Part shown: piece after piece, positions 11,704-26,020 of the stretch
Layout of the letters: each line of letters opens with the position of its first letter
How positions within the stretch are numbered: position 1 is the stretch's first letter
From: Octopus bimaculoides
Taxonomy: Eukaryota
DNA length: 64,000 bases
NCBI RefSeq assembly: GCF_001194135.2
Contig: NC_069001.1
Span: 33,175,158 to 33,239,157, forward strand
Direction: 5' to 3'
Translations under genes and position numbers: made by a program
Notes under the pieces: model-generated
The model's database searches: none
What the model was told of the DNA's origin: nothing
Seen by the model: the letters and a program-made list of their open reading frames with translations, nothing else

Positions 11704-13105
11704 CCTTGAAAATATCTAAAAGGAAACTCATGCTGGATAGAGGAGTATAAGAAAAATCACCAGCATCGTTTTAATGTCCACTTTTCCATGCTTGCATGGG
11801 TCAGACAGAATTCACTGAGGCAAATTTTCTACAGTCAGATGTCCTTCTTGTTGCTAACTCTCACCTGTTTCCAAACAAGGTAATATTTTCCCATGTCTAG
11901 ACATGTTTCCATTTAAAACTAGAAATGAAGGACACAGCTTGCATGAAGGTGACAGTAACATATTTTGTCAAGACAAGGGGATATAAACACACACACACAA
12001 AGACAAACATGCATACATCATGTGTACCTATACACATACACACTCACATACTCAGCTATACATACATAAACTAACTGGCAATCTGTTGTCTATGCTGACG
12101 AGCATTCCAGTTCATCCGATCAACGGAACAGCCTGCTCATGAAATTAACAGGCAAGTGGTTGAGCACTCCACAGACAATACATATCCTATAGTTACCGGG
12201 GAGATTTAGCATGACACAGAATGTAACAAGGCTGACCTTTTGAATTACAAGTAGAAGTCACTTTTGCCAACTGAGTGGACAGAAGCAACATGAAATAAAG
12301 TTTTCTTGCTCAAGGACACTGCTGGGTATCAAACTTATGACCTTATGATTGTGAGTCAAATAACCTAACCACTAAGCTATGCACCTTCACAATACATACA
12401 TACACAGTGGGTCTCTTTCAGTTTCCTTCTACCAAATCCACTCACAAGGCTTTGGCTGGGCTGATGATATAGTAGAGGACACCTGCCCAAGGTGCAATAC
12501 AGTGGGACTGAATCCAAAACTATATGTTTGGAAAACAAGCTTGTTAACCACATAGCCATATCTACACCTAAACCACTGCACAGAATCAGCTTCTGTATGA
12601 TGATTAAAATAATCTGCTGCATTTCTTTTTCTTTTCTTTTCTCTCGGAACATATTGAATTGGGCATTTCACTGAAATAGCATTCTGTGAAAGACAGCATT
12701 GAACTACAAAATGTTAAAAAGTACTGATGTGGAAGTTCAGCCTGAACATCTGCAGGTTGACAACTGCCAGAAATACAATGTTGGTAAGAAGAGAATTTTA
12801 TAAGGTCAATGTTCTAGGCTGGAAGGAATTGGAATAATAGCCAGAGTGGAGAGGGGTTAGGATAGGAGACATTTTGGCACAATTGTTTTGGCACTGACTG
12901 TTTTGACATCAGCTGTTTTAATATTTCTCTCTCACTGTCTGGCTGTCTGTCTGTTTATGTGTGTGAGAATATTTCTCCTTATGTGTCTGAGGAGAGGGAG
13001 AGTGTTTATGTCAGCCGAGTTTAATTAATAAATTCGTAATATTTTCTCCTCTCACTCTCTCTTTCTAACTGTATGTGTATATTTCTATCACATGTGCATG
13101 CTTGT

Positions 13106-13154
<49 letters not shown>

Positions 13155-13766
13155 GGGGGGGAGTTGAGAATTTGCCTCCAATGCCAAATCACCAGAGTCC
13201 AAATAGCCCACTTCAACATTCTGAAAAAAAAAGGCAAAAAGCCCCCCAAAATGGTAGATTATTTTTAATCATCAAAGTTAATTTTCTGTAGTGGTTTAGG
13301 CACAGGTATGGCTGTGTGGTTAAGTAGTTTGCTTCCCAGGCATGTGGTCTTGGGTTCAGTCCCACTGCACAGCTATGCCTAATTGTCTGATTCTAGTGAG
13401 GAGAGAAGAAACAGGTATCTCTGGTGCGCTTGGGTGTTAAATTGTTTACAATTAACTGGTTCTGAAAAATAGGAACTGTTGTAGTATTGATAGAAATAGG
13501 GTGACAAATACATACTAGAACACCTGCACAAATACACCATTATAATAATAATCCTTTCTACTATAGGCACAAGGTTTGAAATTTGAGGGAGGGAACTTGT
13601 TGATTACATCGACTCCATTGTTTCACTGGTAATTAATTCATCGACCCCAAAAGGATAAAAGGCAAAGTCGACCTGGGCAGAATTTGAACTCAAAATGTAG
13701 CAGCAGACAAAATACCATTAAGCATTTTGCCTGGTGTACTAATGATTCTGTCAGCTTACTGCCTTC

Positions 13767-13799
<33 letters not shown>

Positions 13800-13813
13800 T
13801 AGTGAAAACTAAC

Positions 13814-13919
13814 TGTTCGTAAAGGAATGTTTTCTTCTCGAATAAACTGGTCTGGAATTAAAGGAAATCTTGGTAGTGTGGATTTCTCACCACGGAAAGA
13901 CTTCTTCTTCTCCCGGTGT
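13814..13919 (-). CDS. PLD1: PLD coding exon, PX domain (106 nt)
   Basis: Acceptor tttttatgtag, donor ACA|gttagt. Translates HREKKKSFRGEKSTLPRFPLIPDQFIREENIPLRT, which is partly visible inside ORF-track entry 13751-13957. Confidence 0.93.
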
Positions 13920-16897
13920 CTACATAAAAAATAAAAATAGATATATATTAAATACATAGATAGGCAAAGAAAATATAAAAAGAGAAATAAATAAATAAAA
14001 TTACATAAAGTTAAATGAAATTAATTATAGGAATACATTAATAAATAGAATAAAATGTATATAAAATATGTAGGAAACAAAATAAAAAATGTTATAAAAT
14101 AAAAAAATAGACATCATAAATATTATTAATACTATAGTGTTAGAAATAACAGAATATCAACAGAGTTTTGTAATCTATAATAGTCTATGTGGTGGAGCTC
14201 CAGTATGGCCACAGATGAATGATTGAAGACAGTTAAAGATCATGTAAATACACAGACAACGAGGGTCCATGTATTTATGTGTAAACTGGCAGAATTGGTT
14301 GAGTGTCACACAAAATACCACGTAATATTTGGTTATACCCCTTTAGGTGGTGAGTTCAAACCCTACCAAAGTCAGCTTAGTCTTTCATACTTTAAAGGTT
14401 CATAAAACAGATACTGGGGTCTCAATATAATCACTGACACCCTGAAAGGTCCCACCTCTAACAATATCATGGTCCAATGACTGGGCCCAGTAAAAGAACA
14501 GAATAAACTTGTGTCCAGCAGAAACAAGGTATTTCACCTTCATTCAACGTTTGTCATGAGAAATAATCCTGAGGATCAAAATTATGAAGGAATTGACCAC
14601 TAAGATTCTCAATGTAAAATGGTCTTTGACATTAGAAACATCAATTTGAGACACAATATTTACCTATCACCTATCCTGCTAGCATTAAGTGATTGTTCAA
14701 TCATCATCATCATTTAATGTCCGTCTTCCATGCTGACATGGGTTGCACGGTTTGATAGGAGCTGGCAATCCAGGGAACTACATCAATATCCACTGTCTGT
14801 TTTGGCAGTTGGATACCACTTTACAGAATGGTAGTTGTGGTTGTAATGGTAAAATTGTTGGGGGTGGGGAAGGACTGTCCGTGCTACACCACAGTTTGAC
14901 ATATAGCCCCGTTAAGAAACTGCTTGAATTTATCAATAAATCTTCACCACCATCACTGCCATCGCCACCACCACCAATACCAGGCTCCCCATGAATAAAA
15001 AAAAAATTAGTAGTTACATAATTAAGATTAAAATGGTTAGTTTGCTTAAACAGCTGTCGCACGTTCGGTATTATGAATACAGATTTAGCTTTGCTCTAAA
15101 ATATTGCTGGAGTTGAGACTGTTTACAGTGTGACAAGAGAAATTTATTCTTCTGCAGAATAAATTTATACGTTCCCCAGTGTTTTAATATAATTTTTCTC
15201 ACAGCTGTTAACCAATAAAAAAAAAAAATAATAAAAAAATAAAAAACAACAGCAAAAAAAAATATCATCTCAGGCAAGCTGGAATTTTCAAAAAATTCTT
15301 GATTTATGCCAATATTGGTAATTTGCATTGGTATTTCAAATGTCACATCTGCCTTGGTAATTTTGCAGTCGGTCGTATTGAAGAAAGTTATATGATCAGA
15401 CATTAAGAGGAAAAAAAATAAAAGCCTCCCCCAAAACCCCCCATCACTCCACCTGACCCCAAAACGATTCTTACAAATTACCTCTAATCTTTGGTTTGTT
15501 GGCAAACTTGCCCTACATCTGCCTCTTTAACTATCATTACTGCAATATATTCAACAATGACCTCTGCTCTACTCAACTTACTTTTGCTCTTTGCCATTCC
15601 AACATTTAAACTTTCTTGATCTACCCTTTAGTGTTGAAACTATAATAATAATAATTATCATTATTATTATGAGGTGGTGGTGAACTGGCAGAATCATTAG
15701 CATGCCAGGCGATATGCTTAATGGCATTTCATTTTCATCTGTTTTTATGTTCTGGGTTCAAATTCCACCAAGGTTGACTTTGCCTGTCATCCTCTCAGGG
15801 TCATTGAAATAAGTACCAGTTGAACACTGGGGTTGATGTAATTGACTAGGCCCTTACATCCCAAATTTTAGGCTTTGTGCCAATAGTAGAAAGGATTATT
15901 ATTATCATTATTCAAGGTAGCGAGCTGGTAGAAACATTCACACGCTGGACGAAATGCTTAGTGGTATTTCGCCCATTGCTACATTCTAAGTTCAAATTCT
16001 GCCGAGGTCAATTTTGTCTTTCATCCTTTCGGGGGTCAATAAAATAAGCACCAGTTGAATACTGGGGTCGATGTAATTGACTCATCTCCATGTCCCCCAA
16101 GATACCCTTATGGCAAAAATTTGAAATAATAATAATCATAATAATAATAATTCTGCTTTAATAATAATTATTATTATTAAAGCAGAATCGTTAGCATGGG
16201 GGCCGAAATGCTTAGCGGTATTTCACCTGTTGCTATGTTCTGAGTTCAAATTCCACAGAGGTCAACTTTGCCTTTCATCCTTTTGGGGTCAATTAAATAA
16301 ACACCAGTTGAACACTGGTGTTGATGTAATTGACTCATCCCACCTTTCACAATCTGCCCATGGGGCAAAAATTTGAAATAATCATTATTATCATTATTAT
16401 TATTATTATATCAACAATTCAATGATCGTTCACATGAACAAAACAATGTAACTATTTCATTTAAGACATCTATTTGGTTATTTCATACACGGAAACACAG
16501 TGAAGGCCCATAGCTTATTGTAAGGGTATTTAGCACGTAGTCACGAGGTCATATCCTGGTGTTGCACTGTGTCCTTGAGCAAGACACTTCACTTCACTTT
16601 GCTCCTAGTTGACTTAGCTAGCAAATGTAAGTAGTACTTGTAGTTCTGTGGGTCAGCCTTGTCACATTCTGAGCCTCACTGAATCTCCTCGAGAACTATG
16701 TTAAGGATACACTGTCTGTGGAGTGCTCAGCCACTTGTGTGTTAATTTCATGAGCAAGCGGTTCCATTGATCAGGTCAATTAGAACCCTTATCATTGTAA
16801 CTGACAGAGCATCAGTTTATTTAAGGAAATGTATAACAGCTATTAATTATTTGTGTAAGTTTTGCGCGGCTAAGGAAACTGAAGTAGCTATCATAAC

Positions 16898-16999
<102 letters not shown>

Positions 17000-17169
17000 A
17001 AAATAGTGTTGACAGATTTGATGGTTTGATTAGATAAATAAACAAAGAGAAAATATAAACAAATAGGAGGAGAGATAAACTAAATACAGCAAGATATTGT
17101 ATTTTGTTTCCCACTGCTCAATATCTGGATTGAATCTCATAAAAAATAGGTCAAATTTGAGTTTGTAAT

Positions 17170-17495
17170 AACCAGAGTTAACCAACCAAACTCAAATGAC
17201 CAAAATTGAGTAACCAAATTTGAGTGACCAAATGCAAATGATAAAACTTGAGTGTCCAAATCCAAATGACTGAACTTGAATGATCAAACTCAAAAGACTG
17301 AATTTTAGTCACCAAAGCAAAATGACCAAATCTAAGTGACCAAGGCCAAATAGCTAAACTTGAGTGACTAAAGCCAAATGATCAAACTTTAGTCACCAAA
17401 CCCAAATGATGAGATTTGAGTGACTAAATTTGAGTGACTGAAGCCAAATGATCAACCTTGAGTAACCAAACTGTTGATCAAACTCCATCCACACT
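17170..17495. repeat. Degenerate minisatellite (about 14-15 bp monomers, about 28-bp higher-order unit ccaaatgatcaaacttgagtgactaaag)
   Basis: Repeating ccaaatga / aaacttgagtga blocks over about 320 bp. Confidence 0.85.
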
Positions 17496-17619
17496 GTGCC
17501 CAGCCTTGTTCTTTCGACCTCAGGCCCGCTACTAACCACATATGCCCAGTCCTGCTGGAAATCTTTCACTGACCATGCTTTTCTTGCAACTGTCATCTTG
17601 TTGTTGTTGTTTGTCTTTT

Positions 17620-18040
17620 TATTTGTTTCAGTCATAAGATTGTGACCATGCTGGGGCACTGCCTTGAAAGATCTTTAGTCAAATGAATCGATCCCAGTAG
17701 TTCCGGTTTTTTTCTTTTAAGCGTAGTACTTATTCTATCAGTTTTTTTGTTTTTTGCTGAACTGCTAGGTTACAGGGATGTAAACATACCAACACTAATT
17801 TCCAGGTGGTGGTGGTGGGGGACAAACAAACACAAAGACATACACACACTCATACACAAATATATACATAGATACAATGGGCTTCAAGCAGTTTCAGTCT
17901 ACCAAATCCACTCGCAAGTATTTGGTCAGCCCAAGACTATAGAAGAAGACATTTGCTCAAGATGCCACATAGTGGGACTGAACCCAGAGCCATGTGGCTG
18001 GGAAGCAAGCTTCTTACCACACAGCCATGCCTGTGCCTAT
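17620..18040 (-). mobile_element. tRNA-derived SINE family A (representative copy)
   Basis: Head gcaggcatggctgtgtggtaagaagcttgcttcccagccacatggctctgggttcagtccc with Pol III A- and B-box-like motifs, a central microsatellite and a conserved 3' block. Other copies (approximate): 7651-8040+, 10243-10380+, 12395-12565-, 20262-20630-, 21990-22485+, 29740-30125-, 30160-30440-, 32165-32510+, 37130-37300-, 42615-43075+, 45930-46460+, 53230-53620+, 55265-55610-, 61160-61550-. Confidence 0.88.
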
Positions 18041-18543
18041 GTTCAGGAAAAACATCAACCACATCAATCTCACTGGTGTCGGAAGATAAATGAAGACTTT
18101 GGACATTAAGCAATGTTAAATGAAGACCATGGCTACAACAGTTCCTTCTCTCAACCAGACCATTAATAAACACAATTTTTTATGAAGAGTAACCACACAT
18201 AACTGATTAAACACCTTTATAAATGCATGGCATTCTACCAAAATTTAAACTCATTATTAAAGCTTGATTAAGTTGAAATGCAAAAACATGTTTATTTTTA
18301 TTACTACCTGTTTCTTTTGTAACTATCTTCGTATTTATATATTAAAACATAACTAATACATTACGATGTTTAACTTCAATATGTCTACTGGTGTATTAAC
18401 AGTTGGGTTTATAATGATCTACAGTAGAGCCTGTTTCACCAGTTATGATATGTCAGTATTTGTCAGTTATTGGAGTCAGGCAACAAAAGATTTTAAAAAA
18501 TGAGGACAAAAAGAACAGTTTTATGATAAAACAAAACACTCAC

Positions 18544-18672
18544 TGCTTTGTTGGAACCGGAAGCCGAAGTCCAGCCAAGAACAACATGAGTTGTTCATGA
18601 AGACTGCGGAAATGTTTATAGCGTCGATAAATTGTCCAGTGGTGATTTTCATGTACCAAATCAACTTTATAT
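18544..18672 (-). CDS. PLD1: PLD coding exon, PX domain (129 nt)
   Basis: Acceptor ttttttgttag, donor CA|gtgagt. Translates YKVDLVHENHHWTIYRRYKHFRSLHEQLMLFLAGLRLPVPTK(Q), matching the PLD PX motif [29 protein letters not shown] (recalled). Confidence 0.95.
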
Positions 18673-19035
18673 CTAACAAAAAAAGAAAAATATAAAAGAA
18701 ATATATAAAAATATGTTTAAAAAGTACTTGTTAAAAAAATGCTAAATTTTCTGAAAAAGAAATAATAACCTTTACCAATGATGATTTCTGAGATGGATAT
18801 TAAAGATTTTATTATATAAAGCCTGTAATTCCTTCTATTATAGGCACAAGGTTAGCACTTTTAGGGGAAGGAGTAGGTCAATTACATTGATCCGAGCACT
18901 CAACTGATACTTATTTTACTGACCCTGAAGGGACAAAAGGCAAAGTTGACCATTCCGAACTCAGGATATAAAGCTGGAAGAAATACTGCTAAGCATTTTG
19001 TTGGCAGGCTAACAATTCTGCCAGCTTGCTATGAA

Positions 19036-19068
<33 letters not shown>

Positions 19069-19217
19069 AATCCTTTCAACTATATGCACTAGGCCTGAAA
19101 TTTTGAGAGAGGGGCTAGTCAATTACAGTGACCCCAAAAAGATGAAAAGCAAAGTTGACCATGGTAGAATGCCACTAAGCATTTTGTCTGGCATGCTAAT
19201 GATTCTACCAGCTTACC

Positions 19218-19268
<51 letters not shown>

Positions 19269-20989
19269 TTAATAATAATCCTTCCTACTATAGGGGCAAG
19301 GCTGGAAATTTGGAGGAAGACACTGAACCTGGAGCCATGTTGTTTGGAAGCAAATTTCTTACCATTAGCACTCCAGGCAAAATGCTTAGTGACATTTCGT
19401 ACATACATATATATACACATCTAGGGATATATAGATATATATATAGAGAGAGAAACAAAAACTGAAACTATCCAGGAGATGAACACTTATGCATAAATTT
19501 ACATGGAGTACAAAAAGTACAAAAAACTAAGGGGAGAGTGCATGTATTTTAAGTTCAACAGCTGTTTCTGAAAGCCCAGAATTATGTAATAGTTGTAACG
19601 GTCACACACACACATGAGCGCAACAAGTTTCCTCATAGTTTCTGTCTGCCAAATCTAACTCCAAAGGCAGAAGATATGTGCTCACTGCATCTCATACAGA
19701 AAGATCACAATTAAAACCATGTAGCTGGAAATCAAACTTCTTAATCATGTAGCCATGCAACCATGTTATTACAATGATGTGGCAGAACCATTAGAGTACT
19801 GGGGGTAAAAAATGCTTTGAAGTATTTGTTCTTTACATTCAGAGTTCAAATCCTAAACAGGATACAGTTGGAATACTTTGATCAGAAGTTAGGGGTACTG
19901 GGTCAAGAATGACCTGGGGCTAAAAAGCAAAATCAATCTAACAACAACAACAACACCAATTAAGAGAACATTACTAAGTCAATGAGATTTTCAGTAATTC
20001 AATAGGTTTCACAAGTTTAGACATGTCTATCTTATCTTAGCTTGTCAACAAGTGACATCAACTTAATACTCAAGTTCACTAATCACCAATCAATTAGACA
20101 GTTCTCCCCCTAATGCACACAATATGATTGAACCAAAACCCTGCATGACAGCAGGGCTTTTGTTTTATTGTATTTTACTCATTTTTCTCTTGACAACCAA
20201 CTGGTCAGAGCTATTGAGACTCAACCTTTTGGGATTAAGATTATTCTGTGAAATAACATTTGTCTGTTTCAGTCATTAGACTGTGGCCATGCTGGGGCAC
20301 CACCTTGAAGAACTTCTTTGTCAAATGAATCAATCCCTGGTATTTATGTTTTTTTAAAACCTGGTACTTATTCTATCAGTCTTTTTTTGTCAAACCACTA
20401 AGTTACAAGGATGTAAACAAACCAACACCAACTGCCAGGCAGTGGTGACACATACACACCACACATGTGTATATGATGGGCTTTTTTCAGTTTCCGTCTT
20501 CCAAATCCACTCACAAGGCTTTGGTTGGCCCAAAGCTATAGTAGAAGACCCTATTTGCTCAAGGTGGGACTGAGCCCCAGAACCATGTGGTTGTGAAGCA
20601 AGCTTCTTACCACACAACCTCATCTGTGCCTATAATGCTTCTTTATTCACATTTCGAATTAATCATGCATCATCTCATAGCTTTGAGATTTCAATGATGT
20701 GATTGTTTACTTTTAGAATGACATTGTCGGGTAGGTGTGCAAAGCCAGATCTGGCTAGTTTGAACACAAGACAGGTAGAACATTTGGGCCAGACGTGGCC
20801 AGTTTAAATGCTAAAAGATTAAACATCTTTTTCCTTAGAATATATTGCAGCAATGGATGCAGTATATGAACCATTAACCATTATTCTGCAGATGCCTTGT
20901 CATCAGTTGATCAACTGGGTCCACTGACACGACTCCCTACAGATGAACAGCAATATCAGTTAAGGTGGAAGGTCAGATAAGGCATCCAT

Positions 20990-21278
20990 TTCACCACCAC
21001 CACAACTACCACCAACGTCACCACTACCATTGTCATCATCACAATCATCACCACCATTATTACCATCACCATCATCACAACTACCATCATCGTCACCACC
21101 AAAACCATCACTGTTATCACCACAACCATCACTGCCACCACCACCACCGTCACTACCTCCATCACCACCACCCCTTCAACACTACTGTCACCACCATCAT
21201 CACCACTACAACCATCACTGTTATCACTACAACTATCACAGCCACCATTACCGCCACCACCATCACCACCTTCACCGT
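20990..21278. repeat. Degenerate (CAC/CAT)n trinucleotide tract; similar tracts at 6860-7015 and 52525-52830
   Basis: Low-complexity triplet periodicity that produces spurious His/Thr/Val-rich ORFs. Confidence 0.9.
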
Positions 21279-22211
21279 TTGATATCTGGTTTCTATCCTG
21301 GTATGAGTTGGATGGTTTGATAAGACGGAACACAACTATAAAATCTTCCAGTAAACAAACTGCTGCATTGAGTGCATCAAACAGGAAGACAAGAAATTGG
21401 TGGATAAAGTTTGACAAGTTCAATGGCCACAAGTGAGCAATTTAACACTTTATTATATGTATGCCTGTCATGTGAGATTGGGAGAGATGGAGAAAGTGTT
21501 GTCATCAATAGTTTAGCAGCAGGGATAGCCACAAAATGAAGAATGGAATGGAAGGAATTGAAGGGGTGGTGGTGTAGGGGAGGGGGATGGAAGAGGAGAA
21601 AAGACTGGTGAGAGTGCTGGTGTGAGATGAACAATAGAGGAGGCAGTAAAGAATGGGGGAGGGAGGGGTAAAGAGATCCAAAGCCAAGGTCAAGTGAAGA
21701 GGAGAGAAAAGGCAATGTCCTTAAAATGGAGTCAATGGACAAAACTAAAAACAAAACTAACCTAATAAGAAAATTTTTAAAGCTTGATAGCATTTAGCTC
21801 CAAGTCTGCCAGCCATGACCAACCTGGCTTTAGTATAACACAGACTATAATGCCCAATGTCTCCTTTATTTAATACAATACAGTCAGATTTAAGGGGAAT
21901 TTGGTTTCTTTTTCTAGTCGATTCATTGACCACATAGAAGATCATTTGTTAGCTCATACCTGACTGGTTACTCATGTTACAGTCTACTCCACAGGTGTAG
22001 TTGTGTGTTAAGAAGCTTGCTTCCCAACCACAGGTTCCAGATTCAGTCCTACTGTGTGGCACCGTGGGCAAATGTCTTCTGCTATAGCCTCAGGCTGACC
22101 AAAGCCTTGTGAGTGGATTTGAAAGATGAAAACTGAAAGAAACCCACTGTGTGTATGTGTGTGTACATATGTGTGTGCGTGAGTATATATGTATGTATAT
22201 ATGTGTGTGTG

Positions 22212-22243
<32 letters not shown>

Positions 22244-22494
22244 TATATATATGTGTGTGTGTGCCTTTGGGTCTGTGTTTGTTCTCCCCATCACCGCTTG
22301 ACAACTAGTGCTAGGGGTGTTTAAATCCCCGAAACTTAGCGATTCAGAAAAACTGATCAGTAGATTAAGTACTAGGCTTAAAAAATAAGTCCCGGGGTCG
22401 ATTCGTTCAATGAAAATCCTTCAGGTTAATGCTCCAGCATGGCTACAGTGAAATGATTAGAACAAGTAAAAGAGTAAAAGAAAAAAAATCTATA

Positions 22495-23193
22495 NNNNNN
22501 NNNNNNNNNNNNNNNNNNNNNNNNNNNNNNNNNNNNNNNNNNNNNNNNNNNNNNNNNNNNNNNNNNNNNNNNNNNNNNNNNNNNNNNNNNNNNNNNNNNN
22601 NNNNNNNNNNNNNNNNNNNNNNNNNNNNNNNNNNNNNNNNNNNNNNNNNNNNNNNNNNNNNNNNNNNNNNNNNNNNNNNNNNNNNNNNNNNNNNNNNNNN
22701 NNNNNNNNNNNNNNNNNNNNNNNNNNNNNNNNNNNNNNNNNNNNNNNNNNNNNNNNNNNNNNNNNNNNNNNNNNNNNNNNNNNNNNNNNNNNNNNNNNNN
22801 NNNNNNNNNNNNNNNNNNNNNNNNNNNNNNNNNNNNNNNNNNNNNNNNNNNNNNNNNNNNNNNNNNNNNNNNNNNNNNNNNNNNNNNNNNNNNNNNNNNN
22901 NNNNNNNNNNNNNNNNNNNNNNNNNNNNNNNNNNNNNNNNNNNNNNNNNNNNNNNNNNNNNNNNNNNNNNNNNNNNNNNNNNNNNNNNNNNNNNNNNNNN
23001 NNNNNNNNNNNNNNNNNNNNNNNNNNNNNNNNNNNNNNNNNNNNNNNNNNNNNNNNNNNNNNNNNNNNNNNNNNNNNNNNNNNNNNNNNNNNNNNNNNNN
23101 NNNNNNNNNNNNNNNNNNNNNNNNNNNNNNNNNNNNNNNNNNNNNNNNNNNNNNNNNNNNNNNNNNNNNNNNNNNNNNNNNNNNNNNNNNNNN
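22495..23193. other. Assembly gap; other gaps at 27901-28160, 31105-31414, 35099-35759, 37717-37930, 44410-44954, 48754-49030, 53858-54050 and 57363-57812
   Basis: Runs of N, mostly bordered by microsatellites; about 3.6 kb in total. Confidence 0.99.
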
Positions 23194-24071
23194 ATATATA
23201 TATATATATATATACAAAGAATGGCATTGAGAAGAAGAAGAAGCAGAAGAAGAAGGAGAAGAAGAAAAAAGGAGGGGGATGAGAAGAGGAGGAAGAGAAA
23301 GAGAAGAAAGGGGAGGAGGAAGAGAACATGAAGAAGAGAAGAAACAGGAGGGAAGGGGAGGAGGAGAGGATGAAGAAAGGAGGAAGAGAAGATGAAGACA
23401 AAGGTGTTTTTAATTTAGCCACAAGGCCAGTACTTTTGAGGGGTCAGGTTAGTGATACTATCATCCCCTGGACCTTATTTTATTGTCCCTGAAGGGACAA
23501 AAGACAAAGTTCACCTTGGTAGGATTTAGACTCAGAAGAGCAAAAAAAAAAGAAAAAACACATAAGATGCTTTTACCGATAATGACTAAAATTAGTAGTG
23601 CGAATATTTAACAGATGGTCAGAATAATTTCTGTTTTAACAGACGATTTCACAATGACTCTTAACTGCCCAAAATAGACAATGAAAGGATTAAAAATAGA
23701 GTTATGTTGAAAACTACATTTATTTTAATGGAAAAAATCTGTTGATTGTGGTAATATTTTATTCAATAAAAGCTTTAGGTCACTTTAAACTTTAGGCAAA
23801 AATTTGGAAGCCTGTTTTAATGAGAACTGATTGGTACTTTGAAAGCAGCGTAAAATAACAACGGTATCAATCTATCAAGAAAATAGCAGTGTTATAATAA
23901 TAATAACAATGATGATAAGAATAATAATAATAATGATGATGGTGGTTGCTTCCATCAGTTTCATCATATGAGTGTTTGAAGGAGAGGACTTGAAGTTAAA
24001 GTGAATAATAGAATGAAGAAAAAAAAAGCCACTAAGAAGCTGCAACTATTTGCAATTGATGTGTGAATGTA

Positions 24072-24907
24072 TTGGGTTGAGGAATAATCCATGAGCGTTT
24101 TTGTTTTCAAATTCAAAAATGCATGCAGAAATAAAACACATTTTATGTTATTTAAAAGAGAATCTTTTGTTCTACAAGATAGTGCGTTTTGATTTTTAAA
24201 ATTTTGTTGATTTTTGTGTATTTTTAGATCATTAAAATGGAATGTCAAGTGGACAAAACTGAGCATTTTCGACATTTGCTTTTTTTCATTTAATTGAAAT
24301 GTTTAGGCTGCTGAAGCTGTTCATGAGATTTGTGTTGTTGTATGAACAGGGAGCAATGCCTCAAAGTACTGCCCATCATTGGTTTTCGTGCTTCAAAAAT
24401 GGGAATTTTAACCTCAACGATGGATCACACAGAGGCCAACCAACCAAGTTCGATGAAGAGCAATTGAATTAGCTTCTCCATGAAAATCCCTGTCAAACGA
24501 CCACAGAATTATTGGTGGAGCAGATGGATTGTGATAGAAAAAACTGTGGTGAACCACCTTCATTCAATGGGCAAGGCTCACATCGCTAATATGACCAAAG
24601 ACATGATTCAAGAACTTGAATGGGAAGTGCTGCCTCCTCCTCCATACTCTCCAGACTTGGCACCATCAAATTTTCATCTCTTTTGACCACTTTCCAACAC
24701 TTTGCATGGTACATTGTTCAATAATGACGTGGAGGGCTTGGTTGAACAAATTCTTTAAGTCAAGACTGGGAGATTTCTATCACCGAAGAATAAAAAATCT
24801 TACAGAACAATGGAAGGAAGTATATTATTGATCAATTTGCTGTAGTTTTTTTTTGTTTAGAATAAATTTGAAAAAAAAAAACGCTCATGAATTATTCCTC
24901 AACTCAA
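24072..24907 (+). mobile_element. Mariner (Tc1/mariner) transposon, internally deleted and degenerate
   Basis: TIRs ttgggttgaggaataatccatgagcg and cgctcatgaattattcctcaactcaa, flanked by TA. Broken transposase: MECQVDKTEHFRHLL...HHWFSCFKNGNFNLNDGSHRGQP...NHLHSMGK fused to AHIANMTKDMIQELEWEVLPPPPYSPDLAPSNFHLF (YSPDLAP motif). Confidence 0.92.
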
Positions 24908-25080
24908 TAATTTGAGTCCCAGTATGGATTTTGAAGTCACAATGGGGACATTGATGATTTTGATTTTGCTTGGGATTGGGCAAGTGTGTCTGTTGATCGC
25001 TGGCTATAGTTCTTCTATTGTTCTTTTTCTTCAACTTAAATTATTAGGGTGCATCATGACACATTTTACACCATGCAGAC

Positions 25081-25113
<33 letters not shown>

Positions 25114-25149
25114 TAGAGCACTCAGAGAGCACAATCCTCTGCCAAGTAA

Positions 25150-25315
25150 TCTGATATGGAGGACTGGAAGCTGTTTGAATATTGGGAAAAATTTACCTGT
25201 ATCATGATGATTTGCACCAGGTATCAAAATGCTGACATCATGACTGCTGTTCAATGCTCTGTGAACACTGTAAAAGCTGTAAGCTGTGACATGAACAGTA
25301 TAAAAATCAATCCTT
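25150..25315 (+). mobile_element. Possible Tc1-like transposase N-terminal (HTH) fragment
   Basis: MEDWKLFEYWEKFTCIMMICTRYQNADIMTAVQCSVNTVKAV has the spacing of a Tc1 paired-like HTH start. Recognition is by eye only. Confidence 0.35.
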
Positions 25316-25527
25316 CAAACTGTGATGGCAACAACATGCCATTCCACATCTTTGGTTGGCCCGAGGCTATAACAGAAGACAGTTATCCAAGGTGCCATGA
25401 AGTGGGACTGAATCCAGAGCCATGTGGTTGGGAAGAAAGCTATTTACCACACAGCCATGCTTGTGCCATTAATAATTTTTATTTTTTACATTTTTTGTTT
25501 TGTTTTTATAATGATTTTAATACTTAC

Positions 25528-25678
25528 AGGTTTGAATTAATCCTGTGACTGGGTCGTTTATCAAGAGACACTTTCACGCTGACTGTCACACCGGTAATCC
25601 ATACATTGAAATGGTTTTTCTCAGAAAAGCTGGTAGCTTTCTGGTGAATACGCTGGTATGGAACTTTGTATCCATAAT
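25528..25678 (-). CDS. PLD1: Phospholipase D (PLD1/2 family) coding exon, N-terminal/pre-PX segment (151 nt)
   Basis: Acceptor tttctgatgttttag, donor CT|gtaagt. Translates (x)YGYKVPYQRIHQKATSFSEKNHFNVWITGVTVSVKVSLDKRPSHRINSNL, in the position of human PLD1 VYIPFSAIY...RVPSINL (recalled). The phase 2 end joins the next exon in frame. Confidence 0.85.
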
Positions 25679-26020
25679 CTAAAACATCAGAAAAAGAAGA
25701 AAATTATTTGAAAATAAATGAAAATAACGATAAATAATTAACAAAATCAAAATGTAAATATCATCAATAAAACTGAAAAGCAGTAAGATAATGAGTAAAG
25801 TGGATGAAAAGAGGAGGGAATTTCCTGCAGAACACCTGCTTGTTGAAGAAGAATAGCATTACAGTCTGTACAAAGACTAGAAGTATAATGGTTTCAGACT
25901 TTGGCACAAGGCTAGCAATGTCAGGGAGAGTGGGGAGATAAGTGAATAACATCAACCCCAGTGTTCACCCGGTTCTTATTTCATTGACTTGATGATACAC
26001 AGCAACAGACACCACAGGTA

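Noticed and set aside
15071-15505. 144-aa minus-strand ORF inside a PLD intron, considered as an extra PLD exon
   Set aside because: No PLD similarity and no usable donor. The flanking exons already join in frame with complete PX sequence.
20956-21432. His/Thr/Val/Met-rich ORFs (also 6739-7098, 52447-52893, and the YI/HT/CV repeat ORFs)
   Set aside because: Translations of trinucleotide and dinucleotide simple repeats, with no domain signal.
22426-23422. Long ORFs (200-310 aa) in the ORF track that span N-runs, here and at the other gaps
   Set aside because: Artefacts of translating assembly gaps and flanking microsatellites.
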